Source of the DNA: Phoronis australis
Taxonomy: Eukaryota > Animalia > Phoronida
Direction of reading: 5' to 3'
Assembly: GCA_002633005.1 (NCBI GenBank)
Contig: NMRA01000141.1
Coordinates: forward strand, 796,905 to 860,904
DNA: 64,000 nt
Of this stretch, positions 25,401-37,954 are shown piece after piece. The notes under the pieces were generated by a model that saw nothing but the letters and a program-made list of their open reading frames with translations, was not told where the DNA came from and did no database searches. A program made the position numbers and the translations under genes. Numbering within the stretch: the stretch's first letter is position 1; the number at the start of each line of letters is the position of its first letter.

Positions 25401-28400
25401 GGAAATTGGACCATCAATTAGTTTGGCCAGTGTACACCAGGGGGCATCATTCATGAGAGCATCATGCATTGCCTGACATCAGTTTTGTTTCATTTTGTTC
25501 ATAGGGGCAAGTCGTGTGGAGCTGTGTTCTAACTTGCCTGAAGGGGGCACTACTCCAAGCTTAGGTAAGTTTGGCATCATGTGATATTGGCCTGACAAAA
25601 TACATGTGTTTAAAGCAATTATGTGCACGTGGGTAATTCAGTGGCGGATCTAGGATATCACAAGGGGGGGGGCCCAACTTTTTGTCAGGCTGTAAGCATT
25701 TGCGCAAACTGAACCACGATTGTAGATGCGCATAGCACCGAAGTGNNNNNNNNNNNNNNNNNNNNNNNNNNNNNNNNNNNNNNNNNNNNNNNNNNNNNNN
25801 NNNNNNNNNNNNNNNNNNNNNNNNNNNNNCCCCCCCCTAAATCCGCCTATGTAATTGTGATGCGATTCATATCCTTGTATTTACATTTCATTAGGCAACT
25901 GGACACCATCTCCATAGCTGTCATGTACTAAATGGTGCTGTGTGCCCTCAGCTGATTGGTGCATCAGTCTGTTCTCTGCTGCTAATATCCAACACCTCTG
26001 GCTATAGTCTTGATGTGAGCTCATTGTCTGAAAATAATCAAAACTTATATTGGTTTTGGGTAAGGTATTGAATGCACATTTTTTGTGATTCCTCGTTTTG
26101 ATGTGGTACTGATTAAAGCAGCACAATTTTCCCAGTTTAGATGGCTAAGAAACCAAACTTGAATTACTATGATAGGGTTCTGTTTCTGTTATCAACAAGA
26201 ACACCGAAAACTCAGTCTATGACTCAAGAAAACTTAAAACTGTGAAATGCAACTCAGGTCACAGGCAATGCGCCATTTTAACATTTCTTAATTCTAGAGT
26301 TCTGTAACTTGAGTTGCTTTCCCTGTTTTAAGGTTTCCTGAGTTGCTGATGGTTTCCATGGAGAATGTTTGAGGATCAGTTTTGTGAGAGTAAAAGGCCT
26401 TAATTTCATTTTCATTTTTGGCAGTATAAACAGAGTGAAATGCAGCTTAAATGGATTCACATATTTCCTGCACTTCTACTTGCTTGCGGAAAAGGAAAAT
26501 CAGTGTTGAGTAATAGGAAATGGTGTTAATTAACAAATATAAACTTTAAAGCAGTTCTACAAATTAGGAGGGTTGAAATTTTCTATTTTCTTCTAAGTTC
26601 ATTACTGTACTGAAGGAATGGTTTTACAAGGCCATGTATAATTTATACTGAAAGTGGCATTCAAAGCGTTAGCATCTAAGTGTGAATTTGATGAATACAT
26701 TACGCAATTTTTATTTCTGTGACTCCTTTTAAGCCAGTCTTAGACAAGTTTTTTCTGCAGTTTCTTGAAAATTCTCAATGTTTCAAAAAATGTGTGCAAT
26801 ATCCTGGAAATTATGTTGTAGGAAATTGCTGAAAAAAACATTTGCAATTTCTCAGGATGGCTTTATACCAGCCCTGTACAATGTGGTAATATTGACTTGT
26901 GTTGCATCTGTATTCTTGGCTTTGTTTTCCTTCAGGAATGTTGCAAGTCATCAAAAGTAAAGTTAAGATTCCTGTCATGGTTATGATCAGGCCTCGTGGC
27001 GGTGATTTCCTTTATAATGAGAACGAATTTGAAGTTATGAAGAGAGATATTGAGTTGCTGTCCGACAGCCATGCCGATGGTTTTGTTTTTGGCATTCTAA
27101 AACAGTAAGTTTTGCTGTGATGGCATGTACATAATTATACAATCATTTTGTTTCTGTTCACCTACCCGTCTAGCAAATGGATCGATGTTTGCCATGTTTG
27201 ACTTTCTTATTAAATTATTGAAGAGAGAAATGCCTGTTTTTGTACAATTAGCACTGCGCATCTGTGGCAATTTCACTTCCTTAAAGATTCAAATGACAAC
27301 TAACTTCTTTAGAAGTTGGATTCATTATAAAAATGTGATAACAGTGCTTTCAAAATTGAAAATGGCTATTTCTAATCTTCAAATTTTCAACATCTATGCA
27401 TTCAATCCAGGGTACTATGTTTATGACAGGGTGCAGCTGGAAAATCATGGTACCCACCCATTTGGGGAGTTTACTCAAAAATAGGGACACAATTTTAGGG
27501 AGCTTCCATTAAAATCCACCATCTGAAGGCTTTTGTTCCAGAATCTCGACACGGTATTGGGTTAGTTCCAAAAGTCTAACCCGTCCTTAGGCATTCTTGG
27601 TCAATTTTTAACCATTTAGTTTTACACTCCCCAGTCATTGGCCATTCTCATGAGATGAAACAGAACCGCGCTTCCAGAAAAAACAATGTAAAGTCTTATA
27701 CAATCCATCGCTTAACTCAATTGCATTTCGGTTATATTGCGACAATTTGTGCTTTGAAGGTCTGCACGGATTGTTGCAGTTTGGGGACTGTAACAATTTT
27801 TGCAGATGCGACAGATTGTAGTCTAACACAGCATCGCCAATACAAAGAGATATAAAAATTACTGTTTGGTCAGGTTGTGATGTAATTTTTTGATTCTAAG
27901 AGAGTTCCTTCATGATACATTAACTGCTGGTCAATGCTTTGGATACAAAAACGTGCAAGAGCAATGACTTCGGAATATCATTATCCTGAAATCACATACT
28001 GCCATGGTCACTGCTGGTCACTATCAAGTATCGAAATTATCACACTCAGCATTCCAATGCCAACAAAAAGTTAGCTTTTTATATTTTAGAAGTGCACTGT
28101 TAATCCAATTTGAAAGATGTTTGACAAGCTAGACATGTATCTGTGACTGACTGTAATGCGTCATGAATCTATTCTTGCACAATGACACAACTCAAAAATG
28201 CTTGACATTTCTAAACCAAGGTATGTCAAACAACTACATTTTTCATGCCAATGTAAGAACAAACCTCAACCCAGGTTGTAGCTGTTGGCATACCCTGTTT
28301 AAAATTACTTAGTGATTATTATTATTTTGGCTGAAATATAAGAGTCCCAAATTTTATAAGGGCTGTTCCAGCAAAATCTGTATGGGAGGGGGGGGAAGGC

Positions 28401-31400
28401 ACTTTTATTTCGTACCCACCGCCCATATTTTTCATTTATTTCTCCAACCCATGACCCATAATTTTTTTTTATTTATTTATTAGGTTAAAATATAAAATCC
28501 AACACTTGCAAACAAATTGCCTCCAGGAGTACCTGTTAAGAACTTAGATGATTGACAGACAAGAACTAGTTGTCTTGTCCAACATTGTCAAAAATTAAAG
28601 TAGCCTGTGAACAATACTTTTGGCAGCCACCAGGTGTCTCTGTTCACCATGTGTCTATAATTTCAATGAACATTTTTNGACTGTAACAATTTTTGCAGAT
28701 GCGACAGATTGTAGTCTAACACAGCATCGCCAATACAAAGAGATATAAAAATTACTGTTTGGTCAGGTTGTGATGTAATTTTTTGATTCTAAGAGAGTTC
28801 CTTCATGATACATTAACTGCTGGTCAATGCTTTGGATACAAAAACGTGCAAGAGCAATGACTTCGGAATATCATTATCCTGAAATCACATACTGCCATGG
28901 TCACTGCTGGTCACTATCAAGTATTGAAATTATCACACTCAGCATTCCAATGCCAACAAAAAGTTAGCTTTTTATATTTTAGAAGTGCACTGTTAATCCA
29001 ATTTGAAAGATGTTTGACAAGCTAGACATGTATATGTGACTGACTGTAATGCGTCATGAATCTGTTCTTGCACAATGACACAACTCAAAAATGCTTGACA
29101 TTTCTAAACCAAGGTATGTCGAACAACTACATTTTTCATGCCAATGTAAGAACAAACCTCAACCCAGGTTGGAGCTGTTGGCATACCCTGTTTAAAATTG
29201 CTTAGTGATTATTATTATTTTGGATGAAATATAAGAGTCCCAAATTTTATAACTAGAGAGTGTCCGAAATTGGAAACTTTTTACTGCAATGTGTTTTTAG
29301 TTTGAGCTGATTAAAGTGCCGTTACAATTGTTGTAGGGACGGTTCAGTTGACAAGGAAAGGTGCAAAATTCTTCTTGGTAAGTACCTTTGATGTAACGAT
29401 TCTCAAATGACGGGATGTAATAGAAACACAATTGTTTGGTAACAATATGATGAAAGAAAAATATTAACCTAGTTTGCAATTTTGACATTCCAATGATCTT
29501 TTCTCATGATTTTTTTGCTTACTATGTTTAGTGCTTTTCACTTTATGATATATCCCTGCTGCAAAATTGTTTCAGTACTTGTTTGCCAACATTTTTAGTC
29601 ATTACAGTTTTACTGTTAAGTGTCTGATTAAATCCTCTAAACTCAAGTGAAAAGTAAGGGCTGTTCCAGTAAAATCCGTGTGGGAGGGGGGGGACAGCAG
29701 CAGAAATAAAAATTCATGGGTGGTGGTCTTCAGAAAAAAACTCAAATTATGGGTGGTCGTTCCTGTAATAAGTGATGCATTAAAAATGGGTGGTATTTTT
29801 TGACCTGTTAATGTCGATAGGTTGGTTACTTCAGCAGTAAAAACTCAAAAATAAATGCAATTGTCCTAACTTATCCAAATACAAAAAAGCCCATATTGCC
29901 AGTGAACAGAGTGCAATATGTTCACTAAGCCATTAATCAAGTCATGGGCAACTCGATTTGAGCCAACTGTTTGTCTGCAGTCCTATTGAATTGAAAAGTT
30001 ATGCAACACTGAACTGGTGTTAACACATATAAGAAAATTGATGATTTTTAAATAAAAAGTATGAGGAGTAAGATAAACAAGTTCCAATATTCACTTGACA
30101 TAGAAGTATAGAAGAGTTCGTGGAGACAGTTTGAGATTCATAGATCCTTATAAATGAAAAAATGTTCATTGAAATTATAGACACATGGNACGGATTTTAC
30201 TGGAACAGCCCTAACTAGAGAGTGTCCGAAATTGGAAACTTATTACTGCAATGTGTTTTTAGTTTGAGCTGATTAAAGTGCCGTTACAATTGTTGTAGGG
30301 ACGGTTCAGTTGACAAGGAAAGGTGCAAAATTCTTCTTGGTAAGTACCTTTGATGTAACGATTCTCAAATGACGGGATATAATAGAAACACAATTGTTTG
30401 GTAACAAAATGATGAAAGAAAAATATTAACCTAGTTTGCAATTTTGACCTTCCAATGATCTTTTCTCATGATTTTTTGCTTACTGTGTTTAGTGCTTTTC
30501 ACTTTATGATATATCCCTGCTGCAAAATTGTTTCAGTACTTGTTTGCCAACATTTTTAGTCATTACAGTTTTGAAAATGCAATTACTGTTAAGCGTCTGA
30601 TTAAATCCTCTAAACTCGAGTGAAAAGTAAGGTAATTGATGTTGACGCATCATTTTGAGAAATCCTGTTCTTATGTACTTAAAAATATTTAAAGTGCAGT
30701 TGAATGTGTAATACTGTTATGTAGGTAGAGTACAAGACAAAAGGATTCGGACAATACACCATTTCCGTGTCACGGCGGATTATTATGTCAACAGCAAAAA
30801 TTACTTGTATTAACTATTATCGCAGCAAAATGTCTAATTACATAATACCTTAGTCTCGTTAATGATATTTACTTTCATGTTAATTCTCCTTGAAGTACAT
30901 TCTCAGAAGACTGCTCCTTCCAGGCCGTCATGACAGGGGAATTCCGTTGTATTTTGTCTTCTTTTGGGTGGCAATGAAGCTAGTACTCAGTTGTCTGGAG
31001 GACAGTGGTGACCAGCTACTCTGTGAAGCACAGCACGCCTTAGTCACTCAGAGCCATTCTACAGTCGTCATTCAGAGTATCTTGTTCTGAGTTTCATGTT
31101 AAGTATCTGCTTGAAGTCTTTTAGAAAGATTCTGCCCAGTTGCTTTAACTTCTAATGAAATATTACTTATTTTGAAGATATGGCCAAGCCTAAGCAGACA
31201 ACATTCCACCGAGGTGAGTGTAAACTGAACAATTTATAATATTTGGGCATGTAATCACAGTTTTACTGAAACATCTCGGACTAACAATTTTATCATTCCA
31301 CTGTGTAACTACTATATTGCGGCATATCATTTTGTTGCAAATTGCATTTCCCATGCTCATTAGACAAAAGATTGTTTGCTAATCACAATAAATAAACTGC

Positions 31401-34292
31401 GACAACTTGATTGCATCCTTATTCTAGAACATTCATTTAATTACAGATATCATAATTCACATTTCATTCTTTGCCAGGATTGGTTTTCATTAAAAAAACT
31501 GTTTACTACATCAGATTCTGTGGTTTTAAAAACTGACTTGTGTTGTTTTTCAGTGTAATTAGATTCAACTTTTAATAATAGGACCGTATGATACTACTAA
31601 ATTTTTGCATTAACTACTAGTAATGCAAGATGATCATTTAATGTTATAATGACTGCTACATCAGCTTGTTACAAGTGTCCAACTTTGAAGGAAGATGAAA
31701 TAAGAATGAAACAGTTTATTATGCCACAAATATATTGTATGAGCTCCATTTCGATCACAATACCATAGAAAACAAGAAGTGTTAACTTTCCGTATTTCGC
31801 AACTTAATTTTTTTTGATCGTCACAAATAGACACTTGTCATTGTATGAAATGGGCTGTTCTTAGGTAGTAACCATATTACAGTGATCAGTTTACCTCTAA
31901 TGACAACTTGTCATGGGTGAAATAACTTCTACAAATTGAAAGTGAGATATTAAATACAATAATTACTTCATGTTATTGGCAAGTCTGAGAGAGTGTGGTA
32001 TACATAACAATGACTTCAGTTTGCTGGCGGGTCTCGTAGCCTAAAGTGTGATTTCTTTAAATGCAATGACTAGAGGTTGCTGGAGTATCTTTCAGAAAGT
32101 GAAATATCATTAAATACAATCATTGCTGGAGAGTCTCTCAAAAAGCTTCTCTAGAGTTATTCAAGAGCTAAATAGGCAGTGTGGCCTAGTGTGATAAATT
32201 ACTGCTTCCCTCACTCAAGGTCATGGTTCGAGTCCCACTGGGGCACACTGCTAGACCCTTGAGTCAAGTCTCTAGCTCCTCAGCTCGGTTTTAACTATTA
32301 ATATGTATTAAAACATAAAATTGGTTACAGCCAGATGATCAGTGCAATGTGCTCACATGCGCGTCCTGTACAAGTTGTACCAGACTGCCTGCAATTATTT
32401 TTATTATTCAAGAGATATTATCTCGGTACTTTTTAGATATGGTTTGATGTCTTTACCAGACTGCTACCTGCGACTCAGTACTGCACCAACTCAATCATTC
32501 CAACAAGATTGTTTGTAATTTTCTATAAGTCTTGTAAGACTTAGCAGCAAGTGTTTTCCTCTCTTCATTTTCTACCGCTCTACCGAAAAAGAATGAACAT
32601 CGATTCCTGCCTTTCCTTCCACAGCATTTGATATGACACAGCATTGGGAGCAAAGTTTGGAGGACATTATTCATCTAGGCTTTGACCGTCTGCTGACCAG
32701 TGGTCAGGCGGCCAGTGTTCCGGAAGGACTTGACCTCATTTCAAACATTGTCCAACAAGTAAGTCAACGTTTATCTCAAGGACCTTTTTAGCATGTTTTT
32801 TGAAACATTTCAGTTTTACCAACATAACAATGAACAGTCAATCACCCAAATGGACGAATTGTTTGGTGAACAAGCTAAAGCATATGACATCAATATAATT
32901 AGTTGTTCAAAGTAAAACTCAGAAAAGTGTTTGCTTAAAGAGCGAAGCAAATTTTTTGGTGATTTCTTTTCAAACAGGCAATACTAATCTCTGGTTTTCT
33001 TAGACAAACATTTTCAGTGTTAATTGTAATCGTCTCGTTGCCTTCAGTAGCATTAGAATAGTGACATAAATGGCCCGGCATAAGACTCCTATCTTGTGTA
33101 TGCATTCATTTCCATTGAGCAAACGCTATGACTGTCTTGCTGCTGAATAGTCTGTGTCAGTCATTGTAAGTATTTGTTCAATGGTAGTGCATTCACACAC
33201 CAAGCTGCTGGCCTTTTGCCAGACTATCAGTTTCTTGAAACAGGACTCTTGTCTTGGATGTGCAAAGTAATTAAATGCAGGTTTCCTTCTGATTACTCTA
33301 TTCATTCATAGAATATGTTGTTAAGAATTCATTTTTGTCAGGGCTGTTTTATGTTCTTTGTAGACTTGTAAATTTTCTGTTTTTATTTTTATAGGCAAAA
33401 AACCGAATCATAATAATGCCTGGTGAGTCTGTGCTTATTGCACTATTTTGAAGTTGTTGTGAGTGTGTGTGTGTGTCTATTAATTGGCACCTTTCTACAT
33501 CTTTTACAGTTACCACTAAAAATCCACATGAATTTATTTTAATTTTATAGAAACTTTAAATCTACTACAAACCTGCCTTCCGTCAAAAAGTGGCTTTTAA
33601 TTTAGACGACTTTATACAGTTAAGAAGTGGACATTAACTTGTTTCATACCCAAGTGAGAATTGCTCTTTATTGCTTTAGAACATGCTTAGCACATACATG
33701 TAACATACATTAGGCCTACTTGTTTGGCATGGTCGCAAGCAATACTGAACTGTCACTTTGTTTCAACACCAACAACCATATCTTGAATGAGTAAGGAACA
33801 AACTGATTACAGTTTGCAGCTATGGTAAGTGGTTGGAGTAAACGGTTTGTTTCTATGACTAAATGCGGGTTTGTATTTAACTTTGATATTGCAAGCGCCT
33901 TAGTTTAAAAAGCCATGATCACATATGTAGAGAGGAACCCTCCTTGGCTTCTTTTCAAATCACGCCATCTTGACATTAAAAATAAATCTAAGCGAGTTAC
34001 ATTTTTTGTGTCAGTAATTTATCATGCTGTTTTCAGTTATGAACAGCAATGTTACTTTCTTGACTTTACAGGTGGTGGAATAAATACAGGGAATTTAAAG
34101 CACATTTTACAAAGAACTGGTGCCCCAGAGTTCCACTGTTCAGCCCGAAGACCCAAAGATTCTCAAATGTCATTCCACAACCCTAATGTTTCCATGGGAA
34201 CAGCATCTTCTGAATACTTAATAAAAGTTGTGGACTCTAGTTTGGTGGAGGAATTGCTGAGCATTGCTTCTGAAGTCTGGAATTCTGCCTGA
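22496..34292 (+). CDS. CUTC: Copper homeostasis protein CutC homolog. Exons 22496-22547, 25505-25564, 26936-27104, 29337-29377 (duplicate at 30299-30339), 31178-31213, 32625-32758, 33395-33422, 34072-34292; about 246 aa
   Basis: [92 protein letters not shown] are CutC family signatures. Phases are consistent (741 nt using one copy of the 41-nt exon). Confidence 0.96.
23398..24000. mobile_element. Centre and right arm of the foldback family, in CUTC intron 1
   Basis: Near-perfect inverted arms 23398-23515 and 23559-23677 around a ~43-nt spacer; the continuation matches 53500-53850 and 48950-49160. Confidence 0.85.
25640..25851. mobile_element. Short TIR element (CAGTGGCGGATCTAGG ... CCTAAATCCGCCTATG) with internal gap
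   Basis: Imperfect TIRs; flanked by TAATT on both sides; related copy at 50700-51013. Confidence 0.7.
28360..28677. mobile_element. PIF/Harbinger-like MITE, one end (its other end is probably 30190-30211)
   Basis: TAA|gggctgttcca... here and ...tggaacagccc|TAA at 30211; empty site ttttaTAActagag around 29250. Confidence 0.8.
29658..30188. mobile_element. PIF/Harbinger-like MITE, second insertion in opposite orientation
   Basis: TAA|gggctgttccagtaaaatccgt start; its last ~30 nt are the reverse complement of 28648-28677; empty site gaaaagTAAggtaat around 30628. Confidence 0.78.
32175..32290 (+). mobile_element. tRNA-derived SINE (5' head) in a CUTC intron
   Basis: A-box-like TGGCCTAGTG and B-box GGTTCGAGTCC at tRNA-like spacing, followed by cccttgagtcaag resembling common SINE body motifs; no convincing cloverleaf. 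Confidence 0.65.
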
Positions 34293-37200
34293 AACACTTC
34301 TGCTCATGCAGAACTACAAATGAAGATCTGTCCTTGCTGCTGGAAAGTACAGAGTGATTCTCCCAAAACAGGCCCCAAAATTTTTCCAGTGAGGCAGGAA
34401 CTTAAATTGTGCACAATGTCAAATTTATGTGTTGCACTCATGCTGTTGTTGGATGTTTTTCAATTGATAGGGTTTTTTGGCTATGTGCCAGTGGTTTTTC
34501 TGGGGCTTGTTAAATTTATTCCACAAAAGCATGAGCTGGCATGAAATAATTTTTGTGAAGATGGCCTAGTGTTGCTGTAAAGATGGCTTAGTGTAGCTGA
34601 CAAGATTGCCTAACTGCGAGAAAAGTCTTACAAACGGGAATTCAAACACTTTTACTGTAGGTGCTGGAAACATCCTAACAGTATCTAAGCACAACTCAAT
34701 GCACCATTCCAAATTGAAGAACGTGCTGCTCTATGGAATATATCAGTTGAGTGTGAAATCGACCCACTGAAAAAAAACTGATAAGCAGCGTTGAACAATC
34801 ATTTTGGAGCCAGTGCAACGGTGTTTGTTCACAACAGAATCGTGCATTGGCTTATGCAAAGTTTTGAATCCCTAACTCAAGTAAAAAAATAATTACAAAA
34901 GTTCGGGGCCTGTTGAGTGTGGATGTTAAATGACTATGGGTGATTTGGTTCTCATGATAGTGAAGACTGGATGCGGGGACACTCTACCAGTTGCATAGTT
35001 TCATTCATGTGATACTAAGGATCCTGCAGCCTTGCCAACCACCACAATTTTGGCACAGTTTCTACTCTTCTGTTACTTGTATTACATCACTTATCTGAGA
35101 TAGGATACATCCTGACTGTTTATCTTTATACATACTTTTCTACTGATAGGACCCTTGTTTCAAGTTTCTTGTTGATCTTGATATTGGCTTGGTTCTGAGC
35201 TGTTCAGCCTCCCAAAAACATGCACTATCTGTCATTGACACATCGAACTTAACCAGAGTGAAATACACTTAATGTGAAATAGATTTTATACAAATATTTT
35301 TTTGCTCAGAACAGTTGTTGGTTTTTTCTAACTGGCTTCAACCTCAAAGCGACAGACCCCACTGCGTACTTATGTGTACTCTCTTGGTGTAAACTAATCA
35401 TTGTGGCTTCTGATTTTTGATGGGAATGTGTAAGAAAATGATAAAATAAACATGATTCTACATGTATGTATTCATTGGAATAAATTGCTTTCGGCACATC
35501 AGTGACCTACTTTGATTATTGCCACCTGGGGTGGAAAATGGCGGTGCCCCTCATGGTTGCCTACAGAATGAGTGTAGAATCGTCAACCATTTGTGTAACC
35601 CTCTGCCCGTGGGTTTCACCTAGGGCAGACCGCCTGTCGTTTTTGAGCCTTTTGGTGAACTGGGTTATGTTCGTACATATCCGCTCTATTTTTCATATAC
35701 GGCGCAGTAACAAGCCAGTGTGGTAAACTGTCTACCGAACTTTACGCGGTGGATTCAATTCTGAGTGTCACAGCGTGAGCTGTAGTCATGACGTTGACAA
35801 TCTCAGGGCAGATGGTTGCCAAAACAATCTTGTCTCGATGCATGTTCGTGACATTTTACGACTTAATTGATGGAAGCCCCAGACGTTGATTTGGGAACTT
35901 CGTAAACCTAGCCGTGGATATGAAACCTTTTTTAAATGTCACTTGTCTTCAAATTCAATGACTTTTAAAACTATTTTTCAATTCAATGCCTTTTCAAGGA
36001 GAGACTCAAAATTAATAATGTCATAAATTGCACTTCTCTGGGGTCTTTGGCGTTTCTTTGTTCTCTGATGCCGATGATGAATTTTATTCATTGCAGTTGT
36101 AAATAACTGAGCACTGCTAAGACGGACCTCCGCGCAGTAACACTGGTGGTATAGGCACGGGTACCGTTGGGGGGGGGGGGGGNNNNNNNNNNNNNNNNNN
36201 NNNNNNNNNNNNNNNNNNNNNNNNNNNNNNNNNNNNNNNNNNNNNNNNNNNNNNNNNNNNNNNNNNNNNNNNNNNNNNNTTTTTTTTACAAAAGCAATGA
36301 CAAAAATTCTATTGTCAACTGCCAGATAGATCATGAACAAGACAAGGTATGGGTTTTTATGTAACACGTCTTTCGATTTACTGCACTGAAAGAGGTAAGT
36401 TTAATGAAAAAAAAAATCGCCCGCCGCACTGTTTAGCCGAATAACCCCGCCATCCAACCGTTTGACTGCAATCGCGTTTTTCTGTGCTTCTTGTTTTCGG
36501 CATGCATACCCCTGCCGTTTTGCTTATTTATTTACCATTACAATTAAATTTCATTTAGACGTATTCTAAACCAACACAATTGTCGCCTGCCAGAAAATTT
36601 CATTTGTTATTTTCTAGTTTTTCATTGACTTATAATTAGGAGATTGTCGCCACCGCTGTTTTTATAATGCCGAAGAATTTGCAGAAAACGAAAACGAAGA
36701 AAAATATTTTTGTATCTGTACTTAACATAGGCCTATAATACAACTGTTTGGAATATATAATGACATTTTATATTCGCGAAAAATGCAAATGATAGGTTAA
36801 AAGCGTCAGTTTTTGGCAAAAATACAGTCATTTTCTCACAGTATTAAATAGTTATTGAAAAGTATGTGAAATTTCGTTGATTGAAATTCGTAGAAGCTAT
36901 ACATAACACAAAATGAATATTCTGCTGCTGTATTCTCGAGTTAACAAACAGCATCATTATCGGAAGGTTGCCAGTGAGATAAGTATACCACGCATAGCTC
37001 ATTGGGTGAAATATCTAAATATCTAGTGTTCTGCGATTGTTAGGCTGCGTCTTCACTCGGTGCAGAAGATATGCCTGTGTTAGGATTAGGGTTAGGATTG
37101 CCAATGCGAGGCAGGGTATGAGCGCACCTAGGCCTGACGTGGCACGTAGCCCTACTTAGTTAAATGGGGATAGTTCATAAATCTCCACTAATGCCTTCAA

Positions 37201-37954
37201 TTGACTCTAATATGCAGAATAGTAGGTTAGCAGGCGTGATTTAAACTCGCAGAATAGCAAACATTCATTACAACTAAAGTGGAGTCAATGAAAAATTAGT
37301 TTCTTCCACTCTCACTCTCGAGGCCGACAGTGAAATATGTAACAGACTCGGATTTTTATATGGTAATAAAAAATTATGTATAAATATTTTATTTGCATTC
37401 GGATATTTTTTCCAGTTGTAAAGACGAATTACTTGTGGAAGAGAAATTAGTGCGGCGCCCGAACCTATGATAAAAATTTGAACAACTTAGGCTAATAGCT
37501 AGCTCTTGAGCGGCGATGAGGACCTGGTCTCGACTATACAGGTAAACAAGTGTTATGTTCCTGGGTCATCTATTACCGCCGTCAGATGTAGTACGTGCTA
37601 CTGCATGGGGTCCCTTCCTGGTTCAGCACTCATATTATTTAAGGGTGCCGGGGGTGTTAGTGTCAGAGCTTGCATATGGCCCGTCTCACCGGAAGTGTTG
37701 ACTCGCTCGAATGCGATCGATATTTTCCTTTTAAAAAATCTCAACTCATTTAATCATCGTCTAATTCACTAAAGTACCCCCTGAGGATTTTGTGTAGAGA
37801 CTACATTTTTTCGCCTTAATCTAGTTATCACGTGGTATCTTGGAAACGTTTGACCCAAATATAGTCGCCCGTTTTAGCTCAAAAGCGACTAGTGCCACTG
37901 TGGTATCTTTGTGTTGATGTCGAGTTCACAAGTGTAATCCGCAGCAGCATAAAA

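Larger units (their letters stand above)
27788..30632. repeat. Interleaved near-identical duplications (27788-28359 ~ 28679-29252; 29253-29657 ~ 30215-30630) joined by single Ns at 28678 and 30189
   Basis: The copies differ only by scattered substitutions, a small indel and MITE presence/absence; the CUTC 41-nt exon appears twice. Confidence 0.9.

Noticed and set aside
32175-32250. Functional tRNA gene
   Set aside because: A and B boxes are present but acceptor and anticodon stems are not convincing, and a SINE-like body follows.
37078-37098. Interstitial telomeric repeat
   Set aside because: Only one exact TTAGGG plus degenerate neighbours; too short to call.
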